Assembly: GCA_034439575.1 (NCBI GenBank)
Contig: JAWXAQ010000029.1
Coordinates: 22,383 to 86,382 of the forward strand
DNA from: Leptospira sp.
Lineage (GTDB): Bacteria; Spirochaetota; Leptospiria; Leptospirales; Leptospiraceae
Direction: 5' to 3'
DNA length: 64,000 bases
The notes beneath the pieces were generated by a model. It was not told the origin of the DNA and searched no databases. It saw nothing but the letters and a program-made list of their open reading frames with translations. The stretch's first letter is position 1. Each line of letters begins with the position of its first letter. A program made the translations under genes and the position numbers. Shown piece after piece: positions 1 to 9,999 of this stretch.

Positions 1-141
1 ATTGGTCATGGATCATCAAACGCATTGGCTGTCAAAAATGCTGTGCGAGTTATCAACGAATGTGCTAAACATGGCATCAATGAACAAATTGCTAAAAAGA
101 TAGCAGAATTTCGCACTCTAATGGGTGAGAACAATCATTAA
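1..141 (+). CDS. plsX: Phosphate acyltransferase PlsX, C-terminal end (5' truncated by window)
   Basis: Frame 1 reads [37 protein letters not shown]...*; the HGSS..A..NA motif is typical of the PlsX C-terminus; lies directly upstream of fabG. Confidence 0.85.
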   Translation: MGHGSSNALAVKNAVRVINECAKHGINEQIAKKIAEFRTLMGENNH

Positions 142-191
142 CATACGGATTCATTTTTAGAATAGTTTTATTAATATATTAGGAGAAATCA

Positions 192-953
192 ATGATCAAT
201 TTAAACGGAAAAGTAGCAATCGTAACTGGCGGTGCCAGAGGTATAGGAAAGGCCACATGCTTTAAGTTAGCTTCTCTCGGTGCTTCCATCGTAGTTGCGG
301 ATATGAATCCAGAAACAACAAATGCCACAGTTGAAGAATTAAAATCAAAAGGTTACAAAGCGATCGGTGTACTGGGAAATATTTCCCTTGAAGCAGATGC
401 ACAAACTCTAGTCGACACAGCTAAAAAAGAATTTGGATCTGTAGATATTGTTGTTAATAATGCTGGAATCACCAAAGATACTTTGCTTATGCGTATGAAA
501 AAAGAGCAGTGGGATGCTGTCATAGCTGTGAATCTAACAGGAACTTATCTTGTCACACAAGCTGCCATCAAAGTGATGATGAAACAAGATAATGGCGGTT
601 CTATCATCAATCTATCATCTATTTCTGGTGAAAATGGAAATATCGGCCAGACAAACTATTCGGCATCCAAAGCTGGTGTGATTGGATTCACTAAAGCTGT
701 CGCTTTAGAGATGGCATCTCGTAAAGTTAGATGCAATGCGATTGCCCCAGGTTTTATCGCAACTGAAATGACAGAAGCGATTCCAGAAAATATCAAAGCT
801 GGTATGGTGGCAGCTATTCCTTTGAAACGAGCTGGTTTGCCAGAAGATATCGCCAATGGTATCGCATTTCTTGCTTCTGATGCCGCAAGTTTCATCACAG
901 GACACGTGTTAGATATCAATGGCGGTGGATTTTTACCAGGTGGCGGTCATTAG
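192..953 (+). CDS. fabG: 3-oxoacyl-ACP reductase
   Basis: SDR motifs TGGARGIG, NNAGITKD, GNIGQTNYSASKAG; AGGAG RBS; plsX/acpP context. Confidence 0.93.
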   Translation: MINLNGKVAIVTGGARGIGKATCFKLASLGASIVVADMNPETTNATVEELKSKGYKAIGVLGNISLEADAQTLVDTAKKEFGSVDIVVNNAGITKDTLLMRMKKEQWDAVIAVNLTGTYLVTQAAIKVMMKQDNGGSIINLSSISGENGNIGQTNYSASKAGVIGFTKAVALEMASRKVRCNAIAPGFIATEMTEAIPENIKAGMVAAIPLKRAGLPEDIANGIAFLASDAASFITGHVLDINGGGFLPGGGH

Positions 954-984
954 AACTTTCCTTACATTTTAGTTTTCACACCTT

Positions 985-1030
985 ACCCGTATCGCTTTCC
1001 TTCGGATAGCATACGGGTTTAATTTTCTTT
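985..1030 (+). terminator. Probable intrinsic terminator after fabG
   Basis: acccgtat...atacgggt stem around a TTCG-capped inner hairpin, followed by a T-rich tail. Confidence 0.65.
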
Positions 1031-1290
1031 ACCTTTTTTGCCTTCCATCCTTAAATTAAATTTAAAATTAAAATCCGTTCGAAACCAAAAATTTGAATCT
1101 AATTATAATTCTCTTTGGCTTTATGAATCACATTTGCATATTCTAAGATTCAAATCATCGGTATTGGAATATGATAACAAAAGGATGATTCGCAAATGAA
1201 TTGAACTATTAATTTGCTTGATAATAAATACATAAGTTACTAGAATCTGGATTCTTAATATCTGATTCAAAAAGTATTAAATACACACAT

Positions 1291-2922
1291 ATGTCTAAAC
1301 TTATATTGATTCTAATTTTTATACATTCAGTGGATATATATGCTAAGGGCAATGTTTTGAAATCTGATCTGTGTTCAGAATCTATGCCATTATCGTCGTA
1401 CATTGGAAATTCAAAAAAGACCATCCTTAGTGTAGAAGACAAGATGCATGAATTTACTATGGAATCTTTTGCTAAAAACGAATCTGTTTGGAATCAAGTT
1501 TCTTTGCCACTACAACTTGGTTTTTCAGAATCAACTCATTGGGTATGTCTCAATTTTTTTAATGATACAAACTTAGAATCATATTATTTGGAAAATACTG
1601 TTCCCTATGTGGATCATGTAGAAATTTTTCAATTTTTAGATAATCAATTAGTTTTTCAAGAAATTGATGGGGATAAATATCCTCTTCGCAATTCTCCATT
1701 TTCCCATTATCCAAATCCATTGTTTCAGATAAATATTCCTAAAACAAAATATACGAAAATACTTATTAAATATTCATCTGAATCTAGTTTGTTCATTGAT
1801 CCTATCATTTTGTCCGAGAATGAGTTGCATCATCGAATCGTATCTTCCTATGGGAGATTCTATGGGTTTTTCGGGATTATAGTGCTGATTCTATTCTTGA
1901 ATATTGTGTTATTCATCAGAACTCGAAATACTAGTTTTTTTTATTATGCGATTTATGTATTTTTTACTGCTTTCTATCAATTTGCTTATTTTGGCTTAGC
2001 AAAAGTTTATTTTTGGCCACACTTTGGATATTGGAATAATCATAGTCTTGTATTTTTTGGATCTTGTGCGTTTTTAGGTGTTATTCTTTTCTCCATCCGG
2101 TTTCTCGGCATACCTAAACGTACTAAATATATTTTTCCCATCATTTTGGTTTTATTTACGCTTATTTTATTAAACGCAGTCAGTAGTCTCTTCCTTTCCC
2201 TGCAACGTTCAGATATGTTCGCTCATTTATTAGGTGGCATAACATCTTTTATATTGCTCGGTACGGGAATTTATATTTGGAAAAAAGGTTTAAAAATTGC
2301 CCGATTTTATATTTTAGCATGGATCGCTCTTCTCATCAGTATTGTGTTATTTGATTTGTTTGCATTGGGATATTTAACTGATTCGCCATTGGCTCGATTT
2401 TCGGTGAACATTGGAACTATGATTGAAATGTTTTTATTTAACTTCGCAATCATTGATCGAATCCAAGAACTGAACGAAACCAGATTGAGCAAATTGTACA
2501 ATGATGAAATTGATAAATTTCCAGAATCAAATATAGAACAAAAAAAATCGACAAGGCTCTTGAATTTAAATTCCGAAACCGTTTTAGATAAAATGAAGAA
2601 TTTACTTGAAGTCGAAAAATTATATTGTGATGAAGATTTGAGCCTTAGTCGACTCGCAGAGATTTTAGAAATTCGTCCAGACCAGCTTTCTGAACTTATC
2701 AATGAAAAGTTACATTCAAATTTTTCTGCCTATATCAATCAATACCGTATCAACGAGGCAAAAGCCTTACTTTTGTCAGAACCAGATAGAAGTGTGCTTT
2801 CTATTGCCTTTGCCGTCGGATTCAATACAAAATCTAGCTTTTACGAGTCCTTTCAAAAGTTTACTGAAATGAACCCGAAGGATTATAGAAAATTTGCCCT
2901 GAATAAAAGTTCGGATTCTTGA
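1291..2922 (+). CDS. 7TM-DISM membrane receptor fused to AraC-family HTH regulator
   Basis: Signal peptide, 7TMR-DISMED2-like LGFSESTHW extracellular region, about 7 TM helices, C-terminal AraC signature (LSIAFAVGFNTKSSFYESFQKFTEMNPKDYRK). Confidence 0.85.
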   Translation: MSKLILILIFIHSVDIYAKGNVLKSDLCSESMPLSSYIGNSKKTILSVEDKMHEFTMESFAKNESVWNQVSLPLQLGFSESTHWVCLNFFNDTNLESYYLENTVPYVDHVEIFQFLDNQLVFQEIDGDKYPLRNSPFSHYPNPLFQINIPKTKYTKILIKYSSESSLFIDPIILSENELHHRIVSSYGRFYGFFGIIVLILFLNIVLFIRTRNTSFFYYAIYVFFTAFYQFAYFGLAKVYFWPHFGYWNNHSLVFFGSCAFLGVILFSIRFLGIPKRTKYIFPIILVLFTLILLNAVSSLFLSLQRSDMFAHLLGGITSFILLGTGIYIWKKGLKIARFYILAWIALLISIVLFDLFALGYLTDSPLARFSVNIGTMIEMFLFNFAIIDRIQELNETRLSKLYNDEIDKFPESNIEQKKSTRLLNLNSETVLDKMKNLLEVEKLYCDEDLSLSRLAEILEIRPDQLSELINEKLHSNFSAYINQYRINEAKALLLSEPDRSVLSIAFAVGFNTKSSFYESFQKFTEMNPKDYRKFALNKSSDS

Positions 2923-2991
2923 TTCCAGGCGAATTGTAAAGAATATAGGCTAATATAGATTCCGACGGGATAAACTTCCGTAGGGATATAT

Positions 2992-4101
2992 ATGAAATTA
3001 GATAAATTAAATCAGACAAAAACTCCTCATACTCGTGGAAGATTGATTTTGCTTTTTGCCATTTTGGGTTTAAGCTTGTTCTGTCAAAAAAAGGACGAAA
3101 AAGACCAGGAAGCCCTCGGTCAATTTCTATTTTGGCAAACGATTCTCGCTCCATCTACTTCCAGCATTCCAGCCAATGCCTCTTGCTTAATCATTGCAAA
3201 TAGTGCCATTTTGGGCAATACGGATTCCACATATGCGACTTGGTCAGGAACTAAGTCTGGCTATATATCTGCGGCCCTAAATACTTCTGGTGGTTATGTT
3301 TACGGCCAAGATGGTGTTTTTGATGGGTCCAATTGGTTTCTTGGCGAAGCAAGTGGGATTGTGAAATCTACAACATCTGGAGCCTGGCAAGTGGTTGTCG
3401 GTGGACTCGATTACTTTTATGGTATTGCAACTTCGGGCGGTATTACGATCGCAGCAGGTCGGGGTGGATTAGTCTATAAATCCACTGATGGAGAGACAGC
3501 TTCTAACATATCGCCCTCAGGTATTTCGAATAACACTTTAAGTACAGTTGCCGTCGGAAATGGAAGATGGGTCATTGGAGGCAACTTGGCAAGCCAAGCT
3601 GCTTTCAATTCTTCCATACTTTATTCCTCAAATAATGGAGTTACTTGGACGGCATCCACTAACAACAAAGCAATGGCTGTAGTTAAAATTATATATGCCA
3701 ATTCTATGTTTGTTGCTGTGGGAGGATCGGGGATTATTAGTACTTCTACCGATGGTATTACTTGGACCATTCGCACAGCAGAAGATGCTTCAATTAGTCT
3801 ATTAGATATTGCTTATGGAAATGGAAAATTCGTTGCTGTTGGAAATTCTTCATCCAGGTCTTATCATTATACATCAACGGACGGTATCACTTGGACAATT
3901 GCAAGTCCCGTTTTTCTAAGAAGTGTGGCCTTTGATTCTGTGAACTCAAAATTTGTCGGTGTTTCTTCCACAAGTTTTAGTGATTCTACATTTAGTCGAT
4001 TGTCTACATCTACTGATGGGACCAGTTGGTCTGGTGTGTCTACAAGCTTTGGGACTACTACTAGTTCGAATGTTTATTTAGGAAAAATTCGTTGTAAGTG
4101 A
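2992..4101 (+). CDS. Putative lipoprotein with BNR/Asp-box-like (SxDGxTW) repeats, probable beta-propeller
   Basis: Lipobox-like LSLFC; repeats SSNNGVTW, STDGITW (x2), STDGTSW; Ser/Thr/Gly-rich. Confidence 0.7.
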   Translation: MKLDKLNQTKTPHTRGRLILLFAILGLSLFCQKKDEKDQEALGQFLFWQTILAPSTSSIPANASCLIIANSAILGNTDSTYATWSGTKSGYISAALNTSGGYVYGQDGVFDGSNWFLGEASGIVKSTTSGAWQVVVGGLDYFYGIATSGGITIAAGRGGLVYKSTDGETASNISPSGISNNTLSTVAVGNGRWVIGGNLASQAAFNSSILYSSNNGVTWTASTNNKAMAVVKIIYANSMFVAVGGSGIISTSTDGITWTIRTAEDASISLLDIAYGNGKFVAVGNSSSRSYHYTSTDGITWTIASPVFLRSVAFDSVNSKFVGVSSTSFSDSTFSRLSTSTDGTSWSGVSTSFGTTTSSNVYLGKIRCK

Positions 4102-4115
4102 TTTATGTTAGGTGT

Positions 4116-4160
4116 AAATTTTACTCTTCCGTGTCATCATGCGGAGGAGTAAAATTTTAT
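4116..4160 (+). terminator. Probable terminator hairpin
   Basis: aaattttactcttccg / cggaggagtaaaattt 16-bp stem with one G-U pair, just after the lipoprotein stop. Confidence 0.7.
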
Positions 4161-4490
4161 TCTAATTTTACATTGTTGCATTTATTGAACGATACACATT
4201 TCTTTAGGACTGATAGTTTTGTTGCCTAAACTTTAAATTATTATAAGTATTAAAATATAATAATGAGTCAATATAAAGAAGATGCTGGTCGAGGTCTTCA
4301 ATGTAAGCATCCAAAGCGGTGCATAGGCGAATTGGTTTACTTCTTTTTAATTATTTAGTGAACTAATAATATAATCTAAAAGAACCGTGGATTATATGAC
4401 AAATTAAACCCACCTAGGACGCAGATGAAACTTAGAATAAATTACGGCAATTGAGAAACTTTTCTTATATCAACGTATTAGTATCAATTT

Positions 4491-5423
4491 CTAAAGCAAA
4501 CTTATCGTTCGCATCAATTCCTCTGTGTGATTCAATCTCTTGAGCCTAGAAAAATTATTTTGAACTTCATGATATTCTCTGGAAAGATAGTGTAACCACT
4601 GTTTTATTCTGCCGGATTTGTTTTTGATATTCTGATTCTTTGCCATTTGCAAATGAAAATCACTAAGCAATGATTTGATATCAGTTAAGGGTAGCTGGTT
4701 ATCCCTTTGTCCACGAATCATCAAAGCCAATGATGGATTAGAGACTGCCCCCCGCCCAAGCATTATATCTTCACAACCAGAATCGGATTGGCATTTTTTC
4801 GCCGATTCTATATCCCAAATTTCCCCATTGGCTACAATAGGTATCTTGGTATGCATTTTAATTTTTTGTATCTGATCCCAATAGGCGGGTGGTTTGTATC
4901 CATCCACTTTGGTTCTTGCATGAACAACGATTTCTTCGGCACCACCATCTTGTAGAGCTTGCGCACAATCTAACATAAGTTTTGTATCTTCATATCCAAG
5001 TCGCATTTTCGTTGTTACAGGGATATTTTTGGGGACAGCACTTCGAACAGCCTGAACTATTTTAAACATTAATTCAGGCTCTTTTAGGAGAGCGGCTCCC
5101 CCACGGTTTCGATTCACTGTCGGGGCGGGACAACCAAAATTAATATCGATACCATACGCACCAAGACTGACAACCTTGGCTGCGTTCTCAGCCATACAAA
5201 TCGGGTCTGAACCTAATATTTGTACACGAACTGGAACGCCCGATGCTGTGCGGCATTGATTATATAATTCAGGGACAACTTGGTAATATCGCCTGGCAGG
5301 AAGAAGGGTATTGTTGATACGAATGAATTCACTGACACATAAGTCATAACCACCTACTCTTGTTAGGAGACCTCGCAAGTAGTGATCAAGAAGACCTTCC
5401 ATGGGTGCCAGAAGTATTCGCAA
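4491..5423 (-). CDS. dusC: tRNA-dihydrouridine synthase, DusC-like
   Basis: LAPMEG, SEFIRI, DINFGCPAPTVN, VHARTKVDGYKPPAYW, ANGEIW, GRIKQWL; TTG start. Confidence 0.85.
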   Translation of the reverse strand: MRILLAPMEGLLDHYLRGLLTRVGGYDLCVSEFIRINNTLLPARRYYQVVPELYNQCRTASGVPVRVQILGSDPICMAENAAKVVSLGAYGIDINFGCPAPTVNRNRGGAALLKEPELMFKIVQAVRSAVPKNIPVTTKMRLGYEDTKLMLDCAQALQDGGAEEIVVHARTKVDGYKPPAYWDQIQKIKMHTKIPIVANGEIWDIESAKKCQSDSGCEDIMLGRGAVSNPSLALMIRGQRDNQLPLTDIKSLLSDFHLQMAKNQNIKNKSGRIKQWLHYLSREYHEVQNNFSRLKRLNHTEELMRTISLL

Positions 5424-5478
5424 GATACAACCATCATTTTTTCTAAACTGATTGAGACTCTATTAATTTTATAAAAAC

Positions 5479-5913
5479 TTATTGTGCTGCTTTTTTTAAA
5501 ATTAACATTTTGCCAGTGAAGCTAAGGACAATTTCATTTTTCTGATTCGTAAGTTCGTTTTTTCCAATCACTAAGCCTAAATTTCCTCGGAATGGTCTTT
5601 TTTCCAAAATCGTAAATTTACCAATCAATACGTCATTGGCAAACACAGGTTTTCTCCACTTCAATTCTTCAATGCCAGGTGAACCCATTCCGTGAACAAT
5701 TCCCGCTAAGACAAATAATTTCATATAAATGGCATTTGTCTGCCATCCGGATGCTATGATATCACCATAAATTGATTCCCGAGCAGATAGTTCATCAAAA
5801 TGAAACGGTTGCGGATCATATTTTAAAGCAAATTCAATCATTTCAAATTTATTGATTTGGTAACTTCCTAAGGAAAATATATCGCCAGCAGATAACTCTT
5901 CAAAATAAAACAT
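5479..5913 (-). CDS. MaoC-family (hotdog fold) dehydratase
   Basis: FALKYDPQPFHFDE...YGDIIASGWQT, SPGIEELKWRKPV. Confidence 0.85.
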   Translation of the reverse strand: MFYFEELSAGDIFSLGSYQINKFEMIEFALKYDPQPFHFDELSARESIYGDIIASGWQTNAIYMKLFVLAGIVHGMGSPGIEELKWRKPVFANDVLIGKFTILEKRPFRGNLGLVIGKNELTNQKNEIVLSFTGKMLILKKAAQ

Positions 5914-6169
5914 CCAATCCCACCATATTTGAATCTACTTAATTTATGATAATTAAGAATAATAACATTGTAATACGTTCATATTGTACACATAAAGAAA
6001 TTTTTATTCTATATAGATCTTAAACTGAGTTTTTAATTCAGGAAATTTATTGGATATCGACTTATTTTCTAATTACGATGGTATATAAATATGGGAAATT
6101 CTAGCAAAGTCTAACTTATCATTGGCATAAAACAAATGTTTATACCAATGATGTTCTGATAATTGGTGT

Positions 6170-6982
6170 TTAAAAAGCAGATTTATATGCTTTATCTTCT
6201 GTAATAAATTTCTTTGTGGTGACTGCATTTGGGTCAATTTCTACAGCTTGGATACGACTCGTATCTGCAGCAGTTCCATTGTACCAAAGGATACGTGAAA
6301 CATTTGCTTCGTCGGTTCTCCATTTAAATCCAATACTAATTTTGTTAAAGGAAGTAGATGGATGGGTAGCAGTTAAAGAGGTCCATTCCACTAAGGATCC
6401 ATCATAAAAAACAGTCGGATAACCTAAGATGTTCAATGCGGCAAATCCGTTTACTTGCGCTTCAAAATTCGTACGGCATTGAGAAACGACCGTTTTTCCA
6501 ATCGTATAACCTTTGTTTGCAAAGATTGTTTTTAATTCTGCTTTTGAAAGAAAACGAAATCCAGTGTCCGATCGCGATCACGATTAAATCTTTTGATGGA
6601 TTGATACCAAAAGTTTTATGCCATTCATCTACAAATATGCCATTGGATTTTCTGCAATAAACGGACGTTTTGTATCCCCAGTGATTCTATTCGCAGAATC
6701 TGTTTGCAAAATAATTAAATTTCCTGTGATATGACTCGGTCTATTAGTCGTCCAATCACTCACGAAGGATTCTAATTTGCTGCCTTCGATTAATCCCCAT
6801 TCATTTTTCGTATAATCATCATTTGATTCATTCGCCAAAGATTGTGCCGTATTGACATTGAGCTGATTTGCCAAGAGCAAAAGGCCTAAAAATAATCCTT
6901 TATCATCACTTTTTTCTTTTTTGCAATTTGTTCCCGAGAAAATTGCTAACAAAATCAACAGATATATTCCTTTATTTTTCAT
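6170..6982 (-). pseudogene. Rhodanese-like sulfurtransferase lipoprotein, disrupted into three out-of-frame segments
   Basis: Lipoprotein N-terminus (6982 to ~6645), a short middle segment in another frame (NGIFVDEWHKTFGINPSKDLIVIAIG), then a third frame with rhodanese motifs SQCRTNFEAQV and FYDGSLVEW. Confidence 0.75.
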
Positions 6983-7410
6983 AAAATTAATCCTATTTTT
7001 ACTATTTTATTTTCTATAAAAGTGATATAAGTAGCAGATTTTTATACAAAAATACGTTATAACAGAAATTAAAATCAATATAACGGATTAAAATATTGGA
7101 AAAATGAAAGTTTATTGAACATTCGAAAATGCCTCTAATATATAGGAATTTATTAGAAACTTAGAAATAAATTGAATTCATATATGAATTGAATCGCTTA
7201 GTTATCATTATTGCACCTTCATTGAAGGTATGTTAGCTGGTCGAATCAATCTAAATGCGTACTTCACGAGAAAATATTGTATTTAGACTTGCCAAAAATT
7301 TCGACGATTTCATTTTAAAAAAACGAAAGGGGTGCTATCTAGGTGCACCCGTCGGAAACAATAAACAATTTTTGCCCCACTGTAAACGTTACGGTGGCCT
7401 GGAGGAACAC

Positions 7411-7644
7411 ATGGCAGATTTCGAAAAAATTAAGTCAATCATCGTTGAACAACTTGGTGTTGATGAGTCAGAAGTAAACCCTGAGGCTCATTTCATCAAT
7501 GACCTCGGTGCAGACTCTCTTGATACAGTTGAGTTAGTTATGGCTCTTGAAGAAGAGTTTGGTGTGGAGATTTCTGATGAAGACGCAGAAAAAATCCAAA
7601 CTGTTGGCGATGTAATTAAATTCATCGATAAACTTAAGGGGTAA
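7411..7644 (+). CDS. acpP: Acyl carrier protein
   Basis: [17 protein letters not shown]...[29 protein letters not shown] at 7401; true start is 7411, not 7255. Confidence 0.97.
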   Translation: MADFEKIKSIIVEQLGVDESEVNPEAHFINDLGADSLDTVELVMALEEEFGVEISDEDAEKIQTVGDVIKFIDKLKG

Positions 7645-7659
7645 TTCCCAATCTTTTTA

Positions 7660-7694
7660 CCGAGTTCCCTCCCTGAGGGAACTCGGAATATTTT
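7660..7694 (+). terminator. Hairpin between acpP and rnc (terminator or processing site)
   Basis: Perfect 12-bp stem ccgagttccctc/gagggaactcgg with 3-nt loop; weak T tail. Confidence 0.65.
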
Positions 7695-7697
7695 CAC

Positions 7698-8438
7698 TTG
7701 CCTAATATCAAATCTATCCTCTCTAATCCTGGGTCTACAGACGACCACAACGAAGCCCTTCAAAAAATCCAAACACTTACCGACACAAAGTTCAAAGACC
7801 TCCGTCTATTGAAGCAAGCCTTTACGCACAGATCGTACTCAAACGAATTGAGCAGATCCTATCAGACAGACAATGAACGTTTAGAATTTTTAGGAGATTC
7901 TGTCCTTGGAATTTTAGCTGCCGAATATTTATATTTATCAATACCGAAAGGCAAAGAAGGAAAACTTGCCAAACTAAAAAGCAAAATCGTATCGATGCCA
8001 GCCATTGCCGCCATTGCTCGCAAATACGAATTTCAAAAATTTTTACTTCTTGGAAAAGGAGAGAAAGAGCAAGGGGAGAACAATACAAATTTACAAGCAG
8101 ATTGTTTTGAGGCATTTCTCGGTGCTCTATTTTTGGATCAGGGTCTAGATGCTTGCAGAAAATTTTTAAGATCAAATTTTAAGAAAATGGATCATTTGCT
8201 TGAAGAAATTGAAGAGACCAAGGATTATAAAACGATACTCCAAGAGTATTGCCAAAAGAAATGGAAAAAAATTCCACAGTATTCATTAAATTCAGAAAAG
8301 GGTCCAGATCATGAAAAGTTTTTTGAAGTAATGGTGAGTCTGGATCAATATTTAAATGCAAATGGAACTGGTAAAAATAAACGTTCAGCAGAACAGTCTG
8401 CCGCCAAGCATGCGCTAAAGTTGTTAAATTTATTATGA
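7698..8438 (+). CDS. rnc: Ribonuclease III
   Basis: AFTHRSY, NERLEFLGDSVL, ADCFEAFLGA, C-terminal dsRBD (DYKTILQE, GPDH, AEQSAA). Confidence 0.95.
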   Translation: MPNIKSILSNPGSTDDHNEALQKIQTLTDTKFKDLRLLKQAFTHRSYSNELSRSYQTDNERLEFLGDSVLGILAAEYLYLSIPKGKEGKLAKLKSKIVSMPAIAAIARKYEFQKFLLLGKGEKEQGENNTNLQADCFEAFLGALFLDQGLDACRKFLRSNFKKMDHLLEEIEETKDYKTILQEYCQKKWKKIPQYSLNSEKGPDHEKFFEVMVSLDQYLNANGTGKNKRSAEQSAAKHALKLLNLL

Positions 8439-8899
8439 TCGATTTTTTAATTAAAAAAAAGGGTCTACGAGTTCGGGTCGCTGCCATCATAAAAAATCCC
8501 AAAGGGAAAGTTTTACTTGTCCAACAAAAGAAAAATGGCAGTGGTTATTGGTTGTTACCTGGCGGCGGAATCGAATTTGGTGAATCTGCTGAAGAAGCCC
8601 TCAAACGAGAGTTAAAGGAAGAACTCGATTTAGATGTGACAAAAACTCAGTTTTTACTTTTAAATGAATCCATCGATCCAAATAAAAAAAGACATTTGAT
8701 TCAGTTAGTTTTTTCTGCCAAAGTAAAGGATCTTGTTCCCAAATTGAATGCGAAAGAAGAAGCCATTTCTGGATTCGGGTATTTTACCGAGTCTGAAATT
8801 CAAAAAATGGATTTGAGACCTGACATCAAAGAATACTTTAAAATGAAGAGTCGTACACCAGGTACATATCTACCGAGCAAATGGGTGGTTGAGTCATGA
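8435..8899 (+). CDS. NUDIX hydrolase
   Basis: Nudix box GGGIEFGESAEEALKRELKEELDL. Confidence 0.9.
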   Translation: MIDFLIKKKGLRVRVAAIIKNPKGKVLLVQQKKNGSGYWLLPGGGIEFGESAEEALKRELKEELDLDVTKTQFLLLNESIDPNKKRHLIQLVFSAKVKDLVPKLNAKEEAISGFGYFTESEIQKMDLRPDIKEYFKMKSRTPGTYLPSKWVVES

Positions 8900-9999
8900 T
8901 GTTACAATCACGAACCGTGAATGGAGAAGGCTTCGCCTATCCTGTAGAACTTCATTCTGACCTAAGCGGATTAAAAGACAAAATCGAGTCATTGCCAAAT
9001 GTGTCACAGATTTTTGTGATCACAAACAGGCAAATCGCAGGGATTTATGATAAATATCTACAACAAGAATTGCTCTCACTTAAAAAACCATTCCATGTAA
9101 TTTTTGTTAAACCAGGCGAAAAAAATAAACACATTGATAGAGTCAAAAAAGTTTATCATGAATTAGTCAAATTGGATGCTGATAGGAAATCATTAGTAGT
9201 AGCGTTTGGTGGTGGGGTGATAGGCGATTTTGCTGGATTTATATCGGCCACTTACCAACGAGGCATTCGATTTGTGCAAGTGCCGACCACCTTACTCGCA
9301 TGTGTTGACTCATCTGTCGGTGGTAAAGTTGCAGTCAATCTAGATCTTGGTAAAAATATGATCGGGGCTTTTCACCAACCAGAGTTCGTTTTCGCGCCAC
9401 TTTTTTCACTGAGTACTTTGCCCTTTAAAGAGTGGAGTTGTGGTATCGCCGAAGTCGTAAAACACGCGTTTCTGGATGGTGGGAAATTTTTGGAGCGAAT
9501 AGAAAATGTAAAACGCTCAGATATTACAGCAGAATCTGAAATATTAAGATACTGCATTGATGAATCTGTCAGATTTAAATCTCATATTGTCTCGCAAGAT
9601 GAGAGAGAAGGTGGCCTTAGGGCCATTTTAAACTTAGGTCATACGACAGGTCATGCCATCGAGTCACTTACAAAGTATAATCGTTATTCTCATGGCGAGG
9701 CAGTTTCCATGGGAATCATGACCGCACTTTTACTTTCACAAAGGATATTAAATTTTTCAGATAAAAATATAGCACGCGCTATACGAATCATGAAGGCTTT
9801 ACAATTGCCATTAAATATTCAAGAAAAGGCAAACGAAATATTGTCTCATATGGATCATGATAAGAAAAAAGATGGTAAGGATTTAAAATTTGTTCTATTG
9901 GAAGATTTTGGAAAACCAAAGTATGGGGTGACTGTATCTCGGGATATCATTCTTGAAACTTTAAAATTTCAAAAAGGATGGGAAGAACTTGGGCGATAA
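8896..9999 (+). CDS. aroB: 3-dehydroquinate synthase
   Basis: GGGVIGDFAGF, PTTLLACVDSSVGGK, LNLGHTTGHAIE, HGEAV. Confidence 0.95.
   Translation: MMLQSRTVNGEGFAYPVELHSDLSGLKDKIESLPNVSQIFVITNRQIAGIYDKYLQQELLSLKKPFHVIFVKPGEKNKHIDRVKKVYHELVKLDADRKSLVVAFGGGVIGDFAGFISATYQRGIRFVQVPTTLLACVDSSVGGKVAVNLDLGKNMIGAFHQPEFVFAPLFSLSTLPFKEWSCGIAEVVKHAFLDGGKFLERIENVKRSDITAESEILRYCIDESVRFKSHIVSQDEREGGLRAILNLGHTTGHAIESLTKYNRYSHGEAVSMGIMTALLLSQRILNFSDKNIARAIRIMKALQLPLNIQEKANEILSHMDHDKKKDGKDLKFVLLEDFGKPKYGVTVSRDIILETLKFQKGWEELGR

Noticed and set aside
4263-4358. 31-aa small ORF MSQYKEDAGRGLQCKHPKRC...
   Set aside because: No RBS and no recognisable motif
7171-7194. Palindrome aattcatatatgaatt
   Set aside because: Almost all A/T in a very AT-rich spacer; chance occurrence is plausible and no second copy was seen
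7255-7410. 52-aa N-terminal extension of ACP in the ORF track
   Set aside because: Strong GGAGG RBS precedes ATG 7411 and ACP homology starts there; the extension overlaps the structured leader
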